Shown here piece after piece: positions 58,904-64,000 of a DNA stretch of 64,000 nucleotides. The notes under the pieces were generated by a model. It was not told the origin of the DNA. It did not search any database and saw nothing but the letters and a program-made list of their open reading frames with translations. Position 1 is the first letter of the stretch. Each line of letters opens with the position of its first letter. Source of the stretch: Pseudomonadota bacterium (GTDB lineage Bacteria; Pseudomonadota; Gammaproteobacteria; Burkholderiales; JAJZUU01); assembly GCA_021848325.1 (NCBI GenBank), contig JAJZUU010000004.1:8720-72719 (forward strand). Reading direction: 5' to 3'. The position numbers and the translations under genes are program-made.

Positions 58904-59585
58904 CACTGTCATCGAACTGGAGAAAGTGAGCAAAACTTACGGCAGTGGCGCCGCTGAGGCGAAGGCGGTCTCGGAGGTGTCGATGACCGTGGAGCGCGGC
59001 GGCTGGGTCGCGATCATGGGGCCTTCCGGGCATGGCAAAAGTACGCTGCTGCAACTCATCGGCGGCCTGGACCGCGCCAGCGCCGGCCGCATTGTGCTGG
59101 ACGGCGCGGAGCTTGGCACCCTCGATGCCGCGGAACTGGCGGCTGTGCGCGGCAAAAAAATCGGTTTCGTGTTCCAGTTCTTCAACCTGATGCCGCACCT
59201 TACGGCGCTGGAAAATGTCGAGATCGCGCTGTGGCTCGGCGGCGGAACCCACAACAACGGGCGCGCCATGGAGCTGCTGGAACGCTTTGGCTTGGGAGAC
59301 AAGGCCCACCACCTACCGAGCATGCTCTCCGGTGGCCAGCAGCAGCGCGTTGCGATTGCGCGCGCCTTGGCCAACGAGCCCGATATTCTTCTCATGGACG
59401 AGCCCACCGGCAACCTGGACTCCGGCTCCGAGGTGGAGCTGCTGACCTTACTCGGAGAGCTAAACAAGGCAGGCAAAACACTGCTGATGGTCACCCACAA
59501 CCCGGCGGTGGCGCAATGTGCCGAACGCGTGCTGCAAGTCAAAGACGGCAGGATCGTTGGGGATGCACGGAATGGAAAACATTAG
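58896..59585 (+). CDS. ABC transporter ATP-binding protein (LolD/MacB ATPase family)
   Basis: 229 aa. Walker A GPSGHGKST, Q-loop, signature LSGGQQQRVAIARAL, Walker B ILLMDEPTGNLD. 8-nt overlap with the permease. Confidence 0.9.
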   Translation: MSNTVIELEKVSKTYGSGAAEAKAVSEVSMTVERGGWVAIMGPSGHGKSTLLQLIGGLDRASAGRIVLDGAELGTLDAAELAAVRGKKIGFVFQFFNLMPHLTALENVEIALWLGGGTHNNGRAMELLERFGLGDKAHHLPSMLSGGQQQRVAIARALANEPDILLMDEPTGNLDSGSEVELLTLLGELNKAGKTLLMVTHNPAVAQCAERVLQVKDGRIVGDARNGKH

Positions 59586-60078
59586 CATGCTTTACAACGG
59601 ACTACGTTGGGCTGTGTTGGTCATCGCCCTGAGCGCTCCTTTAAGTACGCAGGCGGTAGCCCCACCAGTGCCCACGTTCACGACCATGGAAGGGAAGCAG
59701 ATCCGTTTGAGCGATCTGCGCGGCAAGATCGTACTCATCCATTTCTGGGCGACGAGCTGCGGGATTTGCCTTGTGGAAATGCCTGATCTCATCCAAACCT
59801 ATCAGCAGTTTCGCAAGCGGGGATTCGAAGTGATCGCGGTGGCCATGCACTACGACCAGCCCGGCGACATCAAGGCGTATGTCCGCAAACAAGGGCTGCC
59901 GTTTCCTGTCGTCTTCGACCAGGAAGGCAAGCTCGCGAGTGAGTTCAACCAGGTCGGCGTGACGCCGACGACGTTCCTCATCGACGCGTCGGGCAGACGG
60001 ATATCGAAGACGGTGGGGATCATCGACTTCGGCAAGCTGCGTGCCTTCCTGAAATCGGCGGACGTGGAAGGACGCTAA
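59572..60078 (+). CDS. TlpA-like periplasmic thioredoxin (start 59563, 59572 or 59587)
   Basis: Signal peptide (LRWAVLVIALSAPLSTQA), then GKIVLIHFWATSCGICLVEMP. Confidence 0.8.
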   Translation: MENISMLYNGLRWAVLVIALSAPLSTQAVAPPVPTFTTMEGKQIRLSDLRGKIVLIHFWATSCGICLVEMPDLIQTYQQFRKRGFEVIAVAMHYDQPGDIKAYVRKQGLPFPVVFDQEGKLASEFNQVGVTPTTFLIDASGRRISKTVGIIDFGKLRAFLKSADVEGR

Positions 60079-60095
60079 TCCTCTGGAAATCAATT

Positions 60096-61523
60096 ATGAA
60101 AAATCACTTCGTTCCATTCGCCGGCTTTTTTCTCCTCGCCGCCGCGCTTGCCGGATGCGCAAGTTTCCAATCGCATCCCATCGTGCCAGCCGATACGGCG
60201 GCTGCATTTGAAGCACGCACGCTACATAGCGCGGGTCTCAAACAGTTCCTGGAACGTAATCTCGGGCGAGAAGCCATTCCATGGCCATCCGGCTCATTAA
60301 ATCTTGAGACGCTCACTCTTGCGGCCTTTTATTACAGCCCCGATCTGGATGTGGAGCGCGCCAAATGGGGCGTGGCGGAAGCCGGGATGATCACGGCCGG
60401 TGCACGCCCCAACCCTAACCTCGGCATCTCCGCAAAGCACAATAACGATGCGCCTAACGGCGTCTCGCCCTGGACCCTGGGCTGGAATCTGGATATCACG
60501 ATCGAAACCGCCGGCAAGCGGGGGTATCGCTTAGAACATGCCCAACACCTGTCCGAGGCGGCCCGTTTCAACATTGCGAGTGTCGCGTGGCAAGTGCGAA
60601 GCCGGGTACGAGCTAATCTGGTAGAGCTTTATGGGGCGCGCGAATCCGAGGCGCTGCTGGGCCAGGAGGAAGCAGTTCAGAAACACCTGGTCGGTCTGCT
60701 TGAGCGGCGCCTCGCGTTAGGCGACATTTCCCTGCCGATCGTCACGCAAGCCCACATCGCTCTGGAGCAAACGCGATTGGCCCTGCGGGACGCGCAAATG
60801 CGCAGCAGCGAAGCGCTTGCACGTCTGGCTGCGGCGATCGGGCTTCCGGCCAGCGCCTTGGAGGGGGTCAGCCTATCGCTTGAGGATGTCACCCGCATTC
60901 CCGCAGATGCCAATCTCACCTCCTCCGATGTGCGCCGCCAAGCCCTCTTGAATCGGGCCGACATTTTGGCCGCACTCGCCGAATACGAGGCAAGCCAGTC
61001 CGCCCTGCGCACCGAGATCGCCAAACAGTATCCGGACATCGGTTTGGGGCCGGGCTACCTCTGGGACGCGGGCCAAGTCAAATGGTCCTTGGGATTGTCC
61101 CTGGTGCCGCCGATCTTGAACCGCAACGAGGGCCCCATCGCCGAGACAGAGGCGCGCCGCAAGCAAGCTGCCGCGACCTTTATTGCGCTGCAGGCAAAAG
61201 TGATCGGCGAAATTGACCTGGCACTGAGGAGTTATCGGGCCGCCCTGGAGAAAACCACTGCCGCGGAAACCGTGCTCGCCTCCCAGAAGCGATACCAACA
61301 ATCCGTCGGCGCCCAATTCAACGCCGGGGAAGCGGATCGGCTGTCGCTCTTAAGCGCCCGGCTGGAGCTTTCGGCGGCCGAGCTTGCGCGGCTCCAAGCC
61401 GTGATGACCGCACAGCAGGCATTGGGACGGCTGGAAGACGCGATGCAACGTCCGGCCGCGTCCGAGCCGCCCCTTTCGGCAATGATCGAGAAAACCCCAA
61501 GAACAGAGGAAAACAAGCCATGA
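60096..61523 (+). CDS. outer-membrane efflux lipoprotein (TolC/CzcC/NodT family)
   Basis: 475 aa. Lipobox LAGC. Two OEP repeats with coiled segments. Confidence 0.85.
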   Translation: MKNHFVPFAGFFLLAAALAGCASFQSHPIVPADTAAAFEARTLHSAGLKQFLERNLGREAIPWPSGSLNLETLTLAAFYYSPDLDVERAKWGVAEAGMITAGARPNPNLGISAKHNNDAPNGVSPWTLGWNLDITIETAGKRGYRLEHAQHLSEAARFNIASVAWQVRSRVRANLVELYGARESEALLGQEEAVQKHLVGLLERRLALGDISLPIVTQAHIALEQTRLALRDAQMRSSEALARLAAAIGLPASALEGVSLSLEDVTRIPADANLTSSDVRRQALLNRADILAALAEYEASQSALRTEIAKQYPDIGLGPGYLWDAGQVKWSLGLSLVPPILNRNEGPIAETEARRKQAAATFIALQAKVIGEIDLALRSYRAALEKTTAAETVLASQKRYQQSVGAQFNAGEADRLSLLSARLELSAAELARLQAVMTAQQALGRLEDAMQRPAASEPPLSAMIEKTPRTEENKP

Positions 61524-62602
61524 AGCTCAAGCCTATGGTCGCAATGACCGCCGTGGCGGCCATCCTTGCCTTCTCGGCCTGGCATCTGACGCAAGGGCGG
61601 GAAGAGGCCGCCGAATCGAAGCCCGAGCAACCAGCGGAGGCGCCTGCGTCATCCGGGAAAGCCGGCGAGCAGGTCGTCGTGCTCGACCAGGCCGCAGAAA
61701 TGAAGAGCGGAGTGGCCGCCGCGCCGCTTCAGCCTATTTCCTATCACCGGCAGGTTCAGGCTTATGGAGCGGTTCTGCCCCTCCAGGGGCTCATCGATCT
61801 GCGCAATAGTATTGAGACGGCGCGCTCCCAACGGGAGAAGGCGGCGGCAATGCTCGAAACATCCCGCAGGGAATATGAACGGCTCAAGGTGTTGCATGCC
61901 GATGACCGAAACGTATCCGACAAAGCCCTGCAAACTGCGGAGGCTGCGTGGAAAACCGACGAAGCGAACGTGCGTGCCGCCCGTGCGGCGTTGAACGCGA
62001 TCGAGCAAAATGCGCGGCAGCAGTGGGGCGGGGTGCTCGCCAAGGCAGCTTCGGATGGATCGCCGCTGTTCAAGCGTCTGGTAGAACAGCAGGAGGTGCT
62101 GCTCCAGATTACGGCGCCTTCCGGGGTACACATTCCGCAACCGCCCCGAACCGCCGGGATTCGCCTGGCTGACGAAGCGTTCGGCACCGCCACCCTGATT
62201 TCCCCCGCCCCGCGCACCGATGCACGCCTTCAGGGAACGAGCTACTTCTATTCCTCCGCCGCACCCAGCCTGCTGCCCGGCATGAACATCACGGCGTACC
62301 TTCCGTACGGAGAAAAAACTCAAGGCGTGGTCATCCCCGCTTCCGCCGTCGTTTGGTGGCAGGGAAAGGCCTGGATTTATGTTCAAGAGGGTGCGCAGCA
62401 CTACGTCCGCCAGGAAATTCCCACGGACAACCCCATCGAGGATGGCTGGTTCGCATCCAGGGCGTTCAAGGCGGGTGAAAAAATCGTCGTGACCGGTGCG
62501 CAGATGCTGCTTTCACAGGAATTCCGCTCGCAAATCCAGTCGGGAGAGGAAGGTGAAAGTGGCGAAAAAGGCGAGGCGGGCGAGAAAGGCAAAAAAGAAT
62601 GA
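61520..62602 (+). CDS. efflux RND periplasmic adaptor (membrane fusion protein)
   Basis: 360 aa. Signal anchor, coiled-coil hairpin region, beta-barrel C-terminal domain. ATGA overlaps on both sides. Gly/Glu/Lys-rich tail. Confidence 0.8.
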   Translation: MKLKPMVAMTAVAAILAFSAWHLTQGREEAAESKPEQPAEAPASSGKAGEQVVVLDQAAEMKSGVAAAPLQPISYHRQVQAYGAVLPLQGLIDLRNSIETARSQREKAAAMLETSRREYERLKVLHADDRNVSDKALQTAEAAWKTDEANVRAARAALNAIEQNARQQWGGVLAKAASDGSPLFKRLVEQQEVLLQITAPSGVHIPQPPRTAGIRLADEAFGTATLISPAPRTDARLQGTSYFYSSAAPSLLPGMNITAYLPYGEKTQGVVIPASAVVWWQGKAWIYVQEGAQHYVRQEIPTDNPIEDGWFASRAFKAGEKIVVTGAQMLLSQEFRSQIQSGEEGESGEKGEAGEKGKKE

Positions 62603-64000
62603 CGCACACCGACACCGGCATGCTCGCCGCAATCGTTCGTTTCTCGCTGCGCTTCCGGGGCGTGGTCATCGCCCTGGCCTGCATTGTTGCCGGATACGGG
62701 ATCTACACCCTGTCCGGCGCGAAGTATGACGTGTTTCCCGAATTCGCCCCGCCCCAAGTCGTAATACAGACCGAAGCTGTCGGCTTGTCGCCGGAGCAGG
62801 TGGAAGTCCTCGTCACCCAGCCGATCGAAAACGCCGTCAACGGAACGCCGGGCGTCGAATCGATGCGCTCCAGCTCGATTCAGGGTCTGTCGGTCATCAC
62901 CGCGGTATTCAAAGTCAGCAGCGATATCTATCGCGACCGGCAACTCCTCGCCGAGCGGCTGGCCCCCCTGGCGTCCCAATTGCCCCAGGGCGTTCAGGCT
63001 CCCGCCATGTCGGCTTTGACCTCGTCCACGAGCGTCGTCATGGCAGTCGGTCTCACTTCCGACAGGCGCTCCATGATGGAACTGCGGACCATCGCCGATT
63101 GGACGTTGAAGCCTCGTCTGCTGGCGGTGCCGGGCGTGGCGAAGGTGGCCGTATTCGGTGGCGAGGTCAAGCAACTGCAAATCCAGGTCAGGCCCGAGCG
63201 GCTGGCCAAATACAAGCTTTCCGTCGAGGATGTCCTCGTCGCAGCGCGCCAGGCAACGGGCGTGCGAGGCGCGGGGTTCATCGACAACGCAAATCAGCGC
63301 ATCGTCTTGCAAAGCGAGGGGCAAGCGCTCGCCGCCGAGCAGATCGCCCGGACCGTCCTCATCCACCAGGATGGCGGCAGCGTCACATTGGGCGACGTTG
63401 CGCGCGTTGGCGCCGCTCCCGCTCCCCCGGTGGGCGCTGCGGCCGTCATGGGCAAGCCAGCCGTGCAGTTGGTCATATCGGATCAGTACGGCGCGAATAC
63501 GCTGGAAGTGACGCAGCGGATCGAGCAGGCACTGGTTGACATGCGGCCCGGCCTGGCGGCGCAGGGTGTCGGGCTGGACACAGTTTTCCGCCCAGCCGAT
63601 TTCATCCAGATCGCCACCCGCAACATGCAGTCCTCCCTCATGATCGGCGCCGTGCTGGTAGTCGCCGTGCTGGCGTTGTTCCTGTTCAACCTGCGCACCG
63701 CGGCCATTTCGCTCCTCGCGATTCCCCTATCCTTGCTTACCGCGTCGACAGTCCTGGATTATCTCGGGTTCAGCCTCAATACCATGACACTGGGCGGGCT
63801 AGCCATCGCCATCGGCTTGCTGGTCGACGACGCGGTCATCGTGGTGGAAAACATTTATCGGCGACTGCAGGAGAACCGTCATCTGGAAGCGCCCCGCGCC
63901 CCCCTGACCGTGATACTCGGGGCCGCCTTGGAAGTGCGTAGCGCCGTGGTCTATGCCACTTTCGCCATCGCCATGGTGTTCGTGCCGGTGCTCACCATGT
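62599..64000 (+). CDS. RND efflux permease, CusA/CzcA (heavy-metal efflux) family; 3' end beyond the window
   Basis: Not in the track (no stop in the window). ATG at 62599, translating as [28 protein letters not shown]...[15 protein letters not shown]...[26 protein letters not shown] overlap with the adaptor. Confidence 0.88.
   Translation, partial: MTHTDTGMLAAIVRFSLRFRGVVIALACIVAGYGIYTLSGAKYDVFPEFAPPQVVIQTEAVGLSPEQVEVLVTQPIENAVNGTPGVESMRSSSIQGLSVITAVFKVSSDIYRDRQLLAERLAPLASQLPQGVQAPAMSALTSSTSVVMAVGLTSDRRSMMELRTIADWTLKPRLLAVPGVAKVAVFGGEVKQLQIQVRPERLAKYKLSVEDVLVAARQATGVRGAGFIDNANQRIVLQSEGQALAAEQIARTVLIHQDGGSVTLGDVARVGAAPAPPVGAAAVMGKPAVQLVISDQYGANTLEVTQRIEQALVDMRPGLAAQGVGLDTVFRPADFIQIATRNMQSSLMIGAVLVVAVLALFLFNLRTAAISLLAIPLSLLTASTVLDYLGFSLNTMTLGGLAIAIGLLVDDAVIVVENIYRRLQENRHLEAPRAPLTVILGAALEVRSAVVYATFAIAMVFVPVLTM

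Noticed and set aside
1-64000. Search by eye for CRISPR arrays, rRNA or tRNA genes, integrases or transposases, toxin-antitoxin pairs and phage genes
   Set aside because: I found no regularly spaced direct repeats, no tRNA-like cloverleaf or T-arm consensus in intergenic regions, and no recombinase-like ORF other than the intron RT. A tRNAscan or Infernal run would be needed to be certain.

Overview
High-GC (roughly 65% by eye) proteobacterial chromosome segment in two parts. (1) nt 1 to ~50.6 kb is tightly packed core DNA. It carries holA-proA-nadD-rsfS-rlmH-maf-rng; a minus-strand yggS-proC-yggT-yggU array ending in a dynamin-like GTPase; pilT-pilU; and hemJ with several TlpA/thioredoxin-fold genes. 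It also carries a 1277-aa DUF3683/FAD/Fe-S fusion oxidoreductase, a PhnD-like binding protein coupled to a GGDEF-EAL enzyme, phoBR and ubiE-ubiJ. A Pseudomonas-like block follows (lysA-lptM / cyaY / argH / algZ-algR / hemCDXY), then cutA-dsbD, aroQ-accBC-prmA and xthA. (2) At ~50.6 kb composition drops and an accessory island starts. It opens with a compact ORF-containing group II intron inserted just after a terminator hairpin. Next comes a minus-strand ArsR-SHOCT-methyltransferase unit in which the methyltransferase has an in-frame amber codon. A co-directional, overlap-coupled array follows: CadC-like regulator, P1B ATPase, exported Cys/His protein, FtsX/MacB-type ABC pair, TlpA-like thioredoxin, outer-membrane factor, adaptor and RND pump (truncated by the window end). 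Non-coding structure not explained by genes: a 266-bp MITE with 30-bp perfect TIRs and TTA duplication; two shorter TTA/TAA-flanked palindromic elements, one sharing its TIR core; and a second MITE family present twice. The two copies of the second family are identical apart from a 39-bp indel, lie in inverted orientation 14 kb apart, and one sits exactly in the overlapping stop codons of cyaY and argH. I saw no rRNA, tRNA or CRISPR array. Many very long ORFs in the track are antisense artefacts of high GC. All functional calls rest on motif and family recognition by eye, not on searches.
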